Source: an uncultured Erysipelotrichaceae bacterium (GTDB lineage: Bacteria; Bacillota_I; Bacilli_A; RFN20; CAG-826). Taken from it: a stretch of 62,784 nt of DNA. The position numbers were made by a program, and so were the translations under genes. The stretch is from contig CADBNT010000029.1 of NCBI GenBank assembly GCA_902796125.1, positions 1-62,784 on the forward strand, given 5' to 3'. Position 1 is the stretch's first letter, and every line of letters starts with the position of its first letter. Of this stretch, positions 45,234-54,027 are shown piece after piece. The notes below the pieces were generated by a model, which did no database searches, was not told where the DNA came from, and saw only the letters and a list, made by a program, of their open reading frames with translations.

Positions 45234-46961
45234 ATGGCACTAGACAAAGATACCCTCAATCACTCCACGTCACATCTTATGGCGGAAGCAATCATGAATC
45301 TATATCCAGGCGCGAAGCTTGGTTTTGGTCCTTCCATTGAAGATGGTTTTTACTATGACGTTGATTTCCCAGAACCAATTACTGAAGAAGATCTTCCAAA
45401 GATTGAGAAAGAAATGCATCGCTTAGCAGCGAAAAACGAACCATTCGTTCGTGAAGAAGTTTCTAAAGATGAAGCTTTAAAACTTTTTAAAGACAATCCA
45501 TATAAGATTGAACTAATTAAAGGCATCAATGGAGTTATCACTATTTATAAACAAGGTGATTTCTTCGATTTATGTGCTGGTCCACATATTGAAAGAACTG
45601 GCAAAATCCAAAACTTCAAACTTTTAAGCATCGCAGGAGCCTATTGGAGAGGAGATTCAAAGAATAAACAACTCCAAAGAATATATGGAACCTCCTTTGA
45701 AAAGAAAGAGGATCTCGCGAATCACCTACGCGTATTAGAAGAAAGAAAAGCGCGCGACCATCGTAAACTCGGCAAAGAACTCGGTTTATTTATGCTTTCT
45801 GAATTCGGTCCAGGATTCCCATTCTGGCTTCCAAACGGAATGATTCTTAGAACCGAACTTGAAAACATGTGGAAAGATATCCACCGCCGCTATAACTATC
45901 TACTTGTAGATACACCTATCATGTTATCCAAAGAACTATGGATCACTTCCGGTCACTGGGATCACTACAAGGACAATATGTATACAACCGAAATCGAAGA
46001 AAAAGAATTCGCAGTCAAACCAATGAACTGCCCAGGCGCAATTCTTTGCTACAAGAATGATTTACATTCTTACCGTGAACTTCCACTTCGTTACGCTGAA
46101 CTTGGTCACGTTCATAGATTTGAAGCTTCAGGTGCTTTAAATGGTTTATTTAGAGTTAGAAGTTTCACTCAAGATGATGCTCATACATTTGTTCGTCCAG
46201 ATCAAATCGGAGATGAAATTAAATCAATCTTAAAACTTTATGATGAAATTTATTCATTGTTTGGTCTTAACTACAAGATTGAATTATCAACCCGTCCAGA
46301 AGAAGGCTTTATTGGAAGTATCGACATCTGGAATGAATCTGAAAAGATTCTTGAAGAAGTCTGCCGTGCAACTGGCAAAGAATTCAAGATTAATCCAGGC
46401 GATGGCGCTTTCTATGGCCCAAAACTCGACTTCAAAGTCAAAGACTGCATGAATAGAGTCTGGCAATGTGGAACCATCCAACTTGATATGAATCTTCCAG
46501 AAAGATTTGATGTCACTTATATTGATGATAAAGGCGAAAAAGTTCGTCCAGTCATGCTCCATAGAGCATGTTTCGGTTCTGTTGAAAGATTCGTAGGTAT
46601 TTTAATTGAACACTTCGCAGGAGCGTTCCCACTTTGGTTATCTCCAGAACAAGTTCGTGTCCTTCCAGTTAATAATAATTTCCATTTAGAAAAATCTAAG
46701 GAAATTGTAGATGCTTTAAGAGCTGCTGGCATTAGAGCTAAACTTGATGATGGCGAAGAAAAACTTGGTTATAGACTTAGAAGCGCTCAAGTTAACAAAG
46801 TTCCATATACACTTGTTATCGGAGATAACGAGGTAAATGAAGGAACTGTTACTTATCGTCACTTTGGTGTTAGAAAACAAGTTACAGTCAAATTCGATGA
46901 GTTTGTAAAATTACTCAAAGAAGAAATAAATTCTAAAGCATTGCCAAGTTACGAAGAATAG
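45234..46961 (+). CDS. thrS: threonine--tRNA ligase (lacks N-terminal TGS domain)
   Basis: 575 aa. Starts at the HSTSHLMAEA editing-domain motif, with class II catalytic core and anticodon-binding domain. GGAGG SD lies before the ATG. Confidence 0.95.
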   Translation: MALDKDTLNHSTSHLMAEAIMNLYPGAKLGFGPSIEDGFYYDVDFPEPITEEDLPKIEKEMHRLAAKNEPFVREEVSKDEALKLFKDNPYKIELIKGINGVITIYKQGDFFDLCAGPHIERTGKIQNFKLLSIAGAYWRGDSKNKQLQRIYGTSFEKKEDLANHLRVLEERKARDHRKLGKELGLFMLSEFGPGFPFWLPNGMILRTELENMWKDIHRRYNYLLVDTPIMLSKELWITSGHWDHYKDNMYTTEIEEKEFAVKPMNCPGAILCYKNDLHSYRELPLRYAELGHVHRFEASGALNGLFRVRSFTQDDAHTFVRPDQIGDEIKSILKLYDEIYSLFGLNYKIELSTRPEEGFIGSIDIWNESEKILEEVCRATGKEFKINPGDGAFYGPKLDFKVKDCMNRVWQCGTIQLDMNLPERFDVTYIDDKGEKVRPVMLHRACFGSVERFVGILIEHFAGAFPLWLSPEQVRVLPVNNNFHLEKSKEIVDALRAAGIRAKLDDGEEKLGYRLRSAQVNKVPYTLVIGDNEVNEGTVTYRHFGVRKQVTVKFDEFVKLLKEEINSKALPSYEE

Positions 46962-46964
46962 TTG

Positions 46965-46993
46965 TTGACAACACATTTAATGTGTAGTTTAAT
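46965..46993 (+). promoter_or_regulatory. sigma-A type promoter of the infC-rpmI-rplT operon
   Basis: TTGACA (46965-46970), a 17-nt spacer, then TTTAAT (46988-46993). Confidence 0.6.
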
Positions 46994-46999
46994 TATTCT

Positions 47000-47116
47000 C
47001 GCAAATAAACGTAGAAAGAAGAGCGCCCTGCTTCTCACCAGATCGACTAATCGATTGGTCCATGCTACTAACACTAACCATGTTATTTAAACGGGCGCAC
47101 TTCGTGCCCGTTTTTC
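47000..47116 (+). promoter_or_regulatory. L20-type leader / attenuator before infC
   Basis: ~115-nt untranslated leader ending in a strong terminator, ACGGGCGCAC-ttc-GTGCCCGT plus TTTTTC (47091-47116), just before the infC SD. The architecture matches the Firmicute L20 leader. Confidence 0.55.
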
Positions 47117-47135
47117 TTGTAAAGGAGTGATACTT

Positions 47136-47693
47136 ATCAATAACTATCCAATTAAAAATGGACCACAACGTCCAAAAAACACCAACTCTGATCTTGTTAA
47201 TGAAAGAGTTCGTTTCCCAGAAGTTTTACTCATTGGAGCAAATGGTGAACAACTTGGAAAGATGTCATCTCGCGAAGCATTTCAAATCGCGGTAGAACAA
47301 GAACTCGACCTTCTCTGCGTTGCTCCAAACGCTAATCCACCAGTTTGTAAAATCATAAACTATGGAAAATATCGTTTCGAACAACAAAAGAAAGCTAAAG
47401 AAAACAAGAAAAAACAAAAGATTGTTGAAATTAAAGAAGTTCAACTTACACCACAAATTGGTCAACACGATATCGACACCAAAGTTAAAGCTGCTCGCCG
47501 CTTCTTAGAAGATGGTAACAAAGTTAAAGTTGGAGTTAGATTCCGTGGAAGACAAATGACTCACTTAGAAGTTGGTGAGGAAGTTATGAATAAGTTCATC
47601 TCAGCTTTAGAAGATGTATCCACTGTCGAAAAGAAACCAGAAATGGAAGGCAGATGGATGAATGCCGTTTTAGCATCAAAGGTTAAAAAGTAG
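47136..47693 (+). CDS. infC: translation initiation factor IF-3 (probable ATC start)
   Basis: IF3 N and C domains (PPVCKIINYGKYRFEQQKK..). The track GTG at 47127 overlaps the AAAGGAG SD. The in-frame ATC at 47136 has proper spacing. Confidence 0.9.
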   Translation: MNNYPIKNGPQRPKNTNSDLVNERVRFPEVLLIGANGEQLGKMSSREAFQIAVEQELDLLCVAPNANPPVCKIINYGKYRFEQQKKAKENKKKQKIVEIKEVQLTPQIGQHDIDTKVKAARRFLEDGNKVKVGVRFRGRQMTHLEVGEEVMNKFISALEDVSTVEKKPEMEGRWMNAVLASKVKK

Positions 47694-47705
47694 GAGGAAA
47701 ATAGC

Positions 47706-47897
47706 ATGCCAAAAATGAAAACAAAAAGAGCGTTAGCAAAACGTGTTAAAGTTACCGGTTCTGGTCAACTTAAAAGACACAGTGCTTACACTTCCCATCT
47801 TGCTCCACGCAAGACCACAAAACAAAAAAGACATTTAAGAAAGGCTTCACTTGTTGACAAAACAGATTACAAGAGAGTGAAGACCCTTATTCAATAA
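47706..47897 (+). CDS. rpmI: 50S ribosomal protein L35
   Basis: 63 aa, [20 protein letters not shown]. Confidence 0.97.
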   Translation: MPKMKTKRALAKRVKVTGSGQLKRHSAYTSHLAPRKTTKQKRHLRKASLVDKTDYKRVKTLIQ

Positions 47898-47910
47898 GGA
47901 GGATTAAGCA

Positions 47911-48267
47911 ATGGCTAGAGTTAAAAACAGTGTTGCCACTAGAGCAAGACGTCGCAAAATTCTTAAAAGAGCAAAAGGCTATTTCGGTAGCAAACACATC
48001 CTCTTTAAGACCGCTAAAGAACAAGTTCTTCGTTCCCTTAGATATTCATATATCGACCGTAAGAACTTAAAGAGCGATTTCAGAAAATTATGGATCAAGC
48101 GTATCAATGCTGCTTGCAGAGCAAACGATATCTCCTATTCCAGATTCATCAATGGCTTAAACAAAGCTGGTGTCAAAGTGAATAGAAAGATGCTTGCAGA
48201 ACTTGCAATCAACGATCCAAAAGCCTTCAGCGATTTAGTCAACGTCGCTAAGAAAGCAGTTAAATAA
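47911..48267 (+). CDS. rplT: 50S ribosomal protein L20
   Basis: 118 aa, [19 protein letters not shown].. Confidence 0.97.
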   Translation: MARVKNSVATRARRRKILKRAKGYFGSKHILFKTAKEQVLRSLRYSYIDRKNLKSDFRKLWIKRINAACRANDISYSRFINGLNKAGVKVNRKMLAELAINDPKAFSDLVNVAKKAVK

Positions 48268-48285
48268 GTTAATTTATTTAAAAAC

Positions 48286-48311
48286 AAAACCAGGTCAACG
48301 CCTGGTTTTTT
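48286..48311. terminator. bidirectional intrinsic terminator between rplT and thiI
   Basis: AAAACCAGG-tcaacg-CCTGGTTTTTT. Confidence 0.8.
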
Positions 48312-48317
48312 GTTTAT

Positions 48318-49493
48318 CTAGAAGAGTTCTTCTTCTTTTTTAACTCTTATAACTTCAATGTTATCAAGAGCTTCATTTATCATGGTTTGATAATCGAATT
48401 TAGCCTCATATTCCTCTACCTTATCTAAGGCTGGTTTTGTCTTAGGATTTTTAGGAGCGAATATCGTGCAGCAATCTTCGAATGGGCGAATAGAGATTTC
48501 GTATGTATTTATCTTTCTTGCAATACGAATAATCTCTTCTTTATCGGTGACGACTAAAGGTCTAATTACCGGTACATTTGTGACTTCGTTAATTACCCCA
48601 ATTGATTCGAGAGTTTGTGAGGCAACTTGGCCAACTGATTCACCGCTAGAAATTGCTAAACAATGACGTCTTTTTGATAGCTCGCTAGCAAGTCTAAACA
48701 TTATTCTTCTCATAAGCGTAATCGCATATGATTCATCTGCAACTTCATATATCTTTTCTTGAAGTTTAGTAAATTGAATTACATTGAGTCTAATCTCGCT
48801 TTGATACTTGTTAAGTTCTTTAAGCAAATCTTTAAGTTTTTCAATAACTCCAATGTTCGTGTATGGAGGAGAAGCAAAGTGAATGCATTCAATTCTAAGA
48901 CCTCTTCTAAGGAGAAGATAAGCTGCTACTGGAGAGTCGATCCCACCTGAGAGCATATGCATAACTTTTCCGCCTGTTCCAAGAGGGTATCCGCCCGCAC
49001 CTTTAAAGGTCTTAGTAAAGATATAAGCGCCTTCATTTCTGACCTCAATTGAAAGGGTGATGTCAGGGTTATGAACATCAACTTTTAACGGGGAATTGCG
49101 GAGTATTTCCCCTGCAATAGTCCTATTAATGGTGTCAGAATTAAGTGGATAAGCTTTATTAGAACGACGAGTGTAAACCTTAAAAGTTTTGCCTTCTTCT
49201 TCACGAATTAAAGCAAGACTTTGTTTAAGAAGATTTTCAATATTATCTTCAGTAAAAAGCACTAAAGAAAGGGAGTGAATTCCAGATATATCTTGAAGGA
49301 TTTCAATGACTGGTTTTGGGTCAGTTTCATTTAGTATCACATAGATATGATCATATTGAACTGAGAAGGCTAAATTAGGGAAATCTCGAAGGGCATTTTT
49401 GATATTAATAGCGAGGGTATGAATGAAGTCTTTTTTATTCTTTCCCTTCGTGGAGAGTTCTCCAAAGCGAACCATTATTTGATTGTATTTCAT
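48318..49493 (-). CDS. thiI: tRNA 4-thiouridine synthase
   Basis: 391 aa. THUMP domain plus PP-loop (LSGGIDSPVA). Confidence 0.93.
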   Translation of the reverse strand: MKYNQIMVRFGELSTKGKNKKDFIHTLAINIKNALRDFPNLAFSVQYDHIYVILNETDPKPVIEILQDISGIHSLSLVLFTEDNIENLLKQSLALIREEEGKTFKVYTRRSNKAYPLNSDTINRTIAGEILRNSPLKVDVHNPDITLSIEVRNEGAYIFTKTFKGAGGYPLGTGGKVMHMLSGGIDSPVAAYLLLRRGLRIECIHFASPPYTNIGVIEKLKDLLKELNKYQSEIRLNVIQFTKLQEKIYEVADESYAITLMRRIMFRLASELSKRRHCLAISSGESVGQVASQTLESIGVINEVTNVPVIRPLVVTDKEEIIRIARKINTYEISIRPFEDCCTIFAPKNPKTKPALDKVEEYEAKFDYQTMINEALDNIEVIRVKKEEELF

Positions 49494-50626
49494 TGGATGG
49501 ACCTCACTATCTTTTTAAACTCATTTACGAAGCTATCAACATCATCGATTGTATTATCTTTATCAAAGGAAATTCGAATTGTGTTTTTAGCTCTACTCTT
49601 ATCATTAAACATAGCGTCAACGACGTAGCTCATTGGCTCTCTTTTGGAGTGACACGCCGAGACACTAGAAACATAAATTCCTTTAAGTGAAAGAGCCTCT
49701 ACCACTACACTTGCTTTTTTATTCAAAAGAGAAAAATTAACAATAAATGGAGAGCACTTATCATTGCTATTAAAAACAATATCTTCTTCTTTTATAGATT
49801 CGACTAAATGATTTTTAAGTTCTAAAGCGTGATTATGGTTTTTTGTTTTATCTTTCAAAGCAATCTCGGTTGCTTTTGCAAGAGCGCATGCGCCTGCTAC
49901 ATTACTAGTGCCTGCTCTATAGCCATATTCTTGATCACCACCAGAAATAAGTGGTTGATAGTTAATTTTGTTTTTCGCAACAATTGCTCCACCACTTTTT
50001 AAGCCATTAATCTTATGAGCGGAATATGTAAAGATATCAATGTCGTTATAATCAATATCAACTTTACCTACTGCTTGAGTCATATCAACATGAAGCAAAG
50101 CTTTTGGGTGAGAATGAACAATCTTAGCAATTTCTTTAATTGGTTGAATTGCCCCTGTTTCATTATTGACTGCCATAATGGAAACAACATTGGTTTCATT
50201 AGTGAATGCTTCTTCAAGTTCTTTTAGATTAATTAAACCGTCCTTATCTACATTTAAATAAGTGACTTTAAAATCAAAAAGAGTTTCAAGCTGTTTACAT
50301 GCTTCTAATACAGATGGGTGTTCAATCTTTGAGGTAATAATATGTTTACCTCTACCCATGTAATTAAATGCTGTACCTTTAATAGCAAGGTTATTAGCCT
50401 CACTTGCAGAAGAGGTTAAAATAACGCGGTAATCAAATAGATTAAAGCTCTTAAGAATCTTTTCTTTAGCTTTAGCTAAATACTTACTGGAATCGACTCC
50501 TAATGCATGGATCGAATTAGCGTTACCAAAATGCTTTAATTCGATTCCATTATATAAAGCGACGACATCCGAGTTAGGAACAGTCGTCGCAGCATTATCA
50601 AGATAAATGATTTTATTTTCTTTCAT
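49490..50626 (-). CDS. iscS: cysteine desulfurase (NifS/IscS class V aminotransferase), ThiI partner
   Basis: MKENKIIYLDNAATT.., SAHKINGLKSGG (PLP Lys) and SSVSACHS (active Cys). Start moved from the track's 50719 to the ATG at 50626, since the longer version overlaps ezrA by 107 nt. Confidence 0.88.
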   Translation of the reverse strand: MKENKIIYLDNAATTVPNSDVVALYNGIELKHFGNANSIHALGVDSSKYLAKAKEKILKSFNLFDYRVILTSSASEANNLAIKGTAFNYMGRGKHIITSKIEHPSVLEACKQLETLFDFKVTYLNVDKDGLINLKELEEAFTNETNVVSIMAVNNETGAIQPIKEIAKIVHSHPKALLHVDMTQAVGKVDIDYNDIDIFTYSAHKINGLKSGGAIVAKNKINYQPLISGGDQEYGYRAGTSNVAGACALAKATEIALKDKTKNHNHALELKNHLVESIKEEDIVFNSNDKCSPFIVNFSLLNKKASVVVEALSLKGIYVSSVSACHSKREPMSYVVDAMFNDKSRAKNTIRISFDKDNTIDDVDSFVNEFKKIVRSIQ

Positions 50627-52340
50627 TCTCAAGTCTAACTTTTTGTAATGCGTTACCAGCAATGATATAGGCGTGTTCGAAATCGCCTTTAGCGAAGAAA
50701 GTTTCAGCTTGGGTAACAAGTTGATTAATATCGCTTAAATGTACACGGTTACGATTCGCGTATAAAATAGCATTTTCAGCAAGAACCATCATATTGAAGT
50801 CTTGACTGATCGCACCATTATCAAGAATGGTGTTATTGATATCTTTAAGTTCATCCATACATTCATTGACTTTGTCAACATCGATTGGAGACTTAAGGAG
50901 AAGTAAATTAACTTCGTTAAGAAGTTCATAGAAACGATTGAGTTTCGCTTCGTATTTAGCGCTTATTTCAGCAATATCAATATCGCTTAAGGTCTTTTCA
51001 GCATTTCTAATAGAAAGATATAAGCTCTTAATCATATTGAAGGCTGTTTCAGAGTCAGTCTTCAAAGAAGTGAAGTAATTATTATATTCATCGATTTCAG
51101 AAATGATGGAGTGAGAAGCAGCACTTAATTCATTCATCTTCTCTACAAGAAGTGAATATGGTTGCTTTGTAGCACTATGAATATAAGTATCTAACGAACG
51201 TTTTAAAGCTCCAACCTTGTTAATTTCAGTTTGAATTTCATTAATTTTGCTACGATGGGCTTCATTAATAATGAAGATTTCACTGACTTCAGGAATTGTG
51301 TTACAAAGTTTGATAAAGCGTTTTTCGATTAAGTTAACGGTGCGATAGACACCTTCATTTTGTGATTCAAAATCTTCACGAGCTTGTTTTTCTTCATTGA
51401 ATAAAACAAAGAATTCATCAATGTGAGAAGAGATGTCATCAAGTTGAGAATGAACATCTTTTAAATCAAAACGTTTGATCTTTGTGGTTAATTTATCTAA
51501 ATCTTGTCTCATCACCGCTATTGAAGATTTAACGGATAAATGATGAAGTGGATAATCTTCTTGAATCATATTGTCATAAGCATTCTCTAAAGAGATGAGC
51601 TTATCAGGAATGACTGAAACAACTAAAGCACAAAGATTTGGAAGATCTGGCATTGCTGAAGCAATTTCATGAAGAATCTTATCGATTTGTGGAAGAATTG
51701 TATTAGCGTCATCATATTGAGCACTTTCAACAAATTCTTCGAATTGACCGAACAATTCATCGATATATTTAAAGACTTCTTCAAATGATTCACTTATTAA
51801 AACTAAATCGCCTTGCTTAATGTAATAATCAGATTTGATACGACGCAATTGCTCTTTCAAAGAAAGAGATGATTGACGGCAATCCTCTTCTGGCTTCACT
51901 ACTCTAAGTAAGTCGTTATTAAGGTCATTAACAACCTTCTCATATTGAGAAATGATTTCTCTTACATCAGGAATAAGTTCTTTGAGTTGTTTATATTTGT
52001 TCTCATCAACGAGATCTTTTAAACCATTAATGGAACTTTGAGCGTGAGCGTCATGCTTATCGCGGATTTCTTTAAAGCGTTTTAAAAACTTTGTATGAAT
52101 ATCAACGTAAAGAAGATTGGTACGAGAAATAATCTCAAGTCTTTTAACATATTGAGCATCTTGGCCAATAAGAAGAGCGTGCAAATATTGGAAACGACGA
52201 TCTAAATCTCTAATTTGACGTTTAAGGTTATTCTTTTGGAAAACAAGTTTAAACAAAAGAAAACCAATGCCGATAGCTGCAATGATTGAGCCAACGACAA
52301 TGATAACTATTACTGTAATTGATAAACCGCCTTCACCCAT
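50613..52340 (-). CDS. ezrA: septation ring formation regulator EzrA
   Basis: 575 aa. Single N-terminal TM, then long coiled-coil/spectrin-like repeats. Same position (thiI-iscS-ezrA) as in Bacillus. Confidence 0.85.
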   Translation of the reverse strand: MGEGGLSITVIVIIVVGSIIAAIGIGFLLFKLVFQKNNLKRQIRDLDRRFQYLHALLIGQDAQYVKRLEIISRTNLLYVDIHTKFLKRFKEIRDKHDAHAQSSINGLKDLVDENKYKQLKELIPDVREIISQYEKVVNDLNNDLLRVVKPEEDCRQSSLSLKEQLRRIKSDYYIKQGDLVLISESFEEVFKYIDELFGQFEEFVESAQYDDANTILPQIDKILHEIASAMPDLPNLCALVVSVIPDKLISLENAYDNMIQEDYPLHHLSVKSSIAVMRQDLDKLTTKIKRFDLKDVHSQLDDISSHIDEFFVLFNEEKQAREDFESQNEGVYRTVNLIEKRFIKLCNTIPEVSEIFIINEAHRSKINEIQTEINKVGALKRSLDTYIHSATKQPYSLLVEKMNELSAASHSIISEIDEYNNYFTSLKTDSETAFNMIKSLYLSIRNAEKTLSDIDIAEISAKYEAKLNRFYELLNEVNLLLLKSPIDVDKVNECMDELKDINNTILDNGAISQDFNMMVLAENAILYANRNRVHLSDINQLVTQAETFFAKGDFEHAYIIAGNALQKVRLENERK

Positions 52341-52436
52341 TTTGAAAACCTAATTGATTGTATCATATTTAATCATTGTTTTGATAAAAAACAAAGAGAT
52401 AATATGGAAAAATATCGTTTTAAAACACCAAGATTT

Positions 52437-52470
52437 ACCTCCTAATATAAATATTAGAGGTCAGTTTTTA
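52437..52470 (+). terminator. hairpin plus T-run immediately upstream of the rpsD -35 box
   Basis: ACCTC(C)TAATAT-aaa-TATTAGAGGT followed by cagTTTTTA. Confidence 0.4.
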
Positions 52471-52499
52471 TTGACAACAAAAATATCGTTTTATATTAT
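52471..52499 (+). promoter_or_regulatory. sigma-A type promoter of rpsD
   Basis: TTGACA (52471-52476), a 17-nt spacer, then TATTAT (52494-52499). Confidence 0.65.
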
Positions 52500-52505
52500 A
52501 TATAT

Positions 52506-52659
52506 CGCATTGTTGCAGCATGTAAATACTGTTCGCCCGATGTCTCAACAACCGTGGAAGAGTAACCTAAGCTCAAGGGTGAAATTCAAATAGATGACAT
52601 CCGGAACAAGGAATTTACACCTCTTGCTAAATGCACTTTAGTGAAAGGAGTCATATATC
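52506..52659 (+). promoter_or_regulatory. long rpsD 5' leader (candidate S4 autoregulatory element)
   Basis: ~150-nt untranslated region between the promoter and the AAAGGAG SD. It is more GC-rich than its surroundings. Bacillus rpsD is known to be autoregulated through its leader. Confidence 0.4.
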
Positions 52660-53262
52660 ATGAGATATACTGGTTCAGACTACAAACGTTCACGTCGTCT
52701 CGGATTTTCTACTCTTGAAACTGGTAAGGAACTCGCTAAGAGACCTTATGGTCCAGGACAACACGGCAATGGCCGCAAAAGAAAACCATCCGAATACGGT
52801 AAGCAACTTGTTGAAAAACAAAAACTTGAACAAATGTACGGTGTGAATGAACGCCAATTCAGACGTTTATTCATGATTGCTAGAGCTTCTGATGAAGTTA
52901 CAGGTATCGCCTTCTTCCGTATTCTTGAATCCCGTTTAGACAATCTTGTCTATCGTATGGGATTTGCAAGAACTAGAAGAGCTGCTCGTCAACTCGTCAA
53001 CCATGGACACATCACTGTCAATGGTAAAAAGGTCGACATCCCTTCATACCTTTGCTCCGTTGGTGACAAAATTGCCATCAAAGAAGGTGCAAAACTTGAA
53101 GTAGTCAATCAAGCTCTTGAAAGCAAACCAGCTTCCGTTGGTTATGTCAAAGTCGATGCTAAGAAACGCGTTGGAGAATTCTTACGCGCTCCAGAAAGAA
53201 ACGAACTTCCAAAAGACATCAACGAAGCCCAAGTTATTGAATACTACAACAGAATGTTATAA
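52660..53262 (+). CDS. rpsD: 30S ribosomal protein S4
   Basis: 200 aa, MRYTGSDYKRSRRLGFS.. Confidence 0.97.
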   Translation: MRYTGSDYKRSRRLGFSTLETGKELAKRPYGPGQHGNGRKRKPSEYGKQLVEKQKLEQMYGVNERQFRRLFMIARASDEVTGIAFFRILESRLDNLVYRMGFARTRRAARQLVNHGHITVNGKKVDIPSYLCSVGDKIAIKEGAKLEVVNQALESKPASVGYVKVDAKKRVGEFLRAPERNELPKDINEAQVIEYYNRML

Positions 53263-53281
53263 TTCAAAAATTGAGCAAACT

Positions 53282-53311
53282 AAAAGGAGAGTGTCAACTC
53301 TCCTTTTTTTT
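53282..53311. terminator. bidirectional intrinsic terminator between rpsD and the lipoprotein gene
   Basis: AAAAGGAGAGT-gtca-ACTCTCCTTTTTTTT. Confidence 0.8.
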
Positions 53312-53319
53312 CATGCTAT

Positions 53320-54027
53320 TTAATCAATTTTTGGATAAAAGATTTCCGTGCTTATATATGTAACACTATAAGTTCTATTCTTTGGTGAACCACCTTGAGA
53401 TTTGAAAGAATATTTCACTAAACAATTGTCGGAGAATTCCACTTCTCTTTCATAAGTTATATTGTTACTTGAATCAGTGATTGTTCGTTTCGCATAAAGT
53501 GCATCTGATCCATAACTTTCTAAAACGAGAGTAGATTCATCGGGTTTATCTTGGAGATAGGCTTTTAATGAACCAATGAGAGTTGAAGTTTGTAAAAGAA
53601 GAATTCTTGCATAATGGTTATGAAGCTCTTCCCAACTCTCTTCCGAATAATCGGTGATTTTTGAGACGTAACGAGGAGCGGTTTCTTCATTAATACTGCT
53701 ATCGACAATGCGGTTCACATTATAAATGTGATTTATACCTTCATCATCAGCTTTAACATAGCACCATTCTTCTGAAACAGAACCATTTAAACAGGTGTAG
53801 CCATGATAATATTTATCAGGGATGCTATAGAAATGCTTTTGTTCACTTTTATTAGATTCTTCATCGATTGTTGATAAGAATGTATAAAAGTTAAAAGGTA
53901 TCTTTTCATCATTAACTTTCTCGATATTGCCAAGGATTTCTATCGCGGTTTCACGAGAAATGCTTTGCCCATGACAAGATGCTAGGACAAAGGGAAGAGT
54001 TAATAATACAAAGACTTTTTTATTCAT
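53320..54027 (-). CDS. lipoprotein of unknown function
   Basis: 235 aa with MNKKVFVLLTLPFVLASC lipobox. Its start overlaps the tyrS stop by 1 nt. Confidence 0.65.
   Translation of the reverse strand: MNKKVFVLLTLPFVLASCHGQSISRETAIEILGNIEKVNDEKIPFNFYTFLSTIDEESNKSEQKHFYSIPDKYYHGYTCLNGSVSEEWCYVKADDEGINHIYNVNRIVDSSINEETAPRYVSKITDYSEESWEELHNHYARILLLQTSTLIGSLKAYLQDKPDESTLVLESYGSDALYAKRTITDSSNNITYEREVEFSDNCLVKYSFKSQGGSPKNRTYSVTYISTEIFYPKID

Noticed and set aside
52354-52593. 79-aa plus-strand ORF between ezrA and rpsD
   Set aside because: It runs straight through a terminator-like hairpin, the rpsD -35/-10 boxes and the rpsD leader. It is hydrophobic AT-rich read-through with no SD. It is better explained as regulatory DNA.
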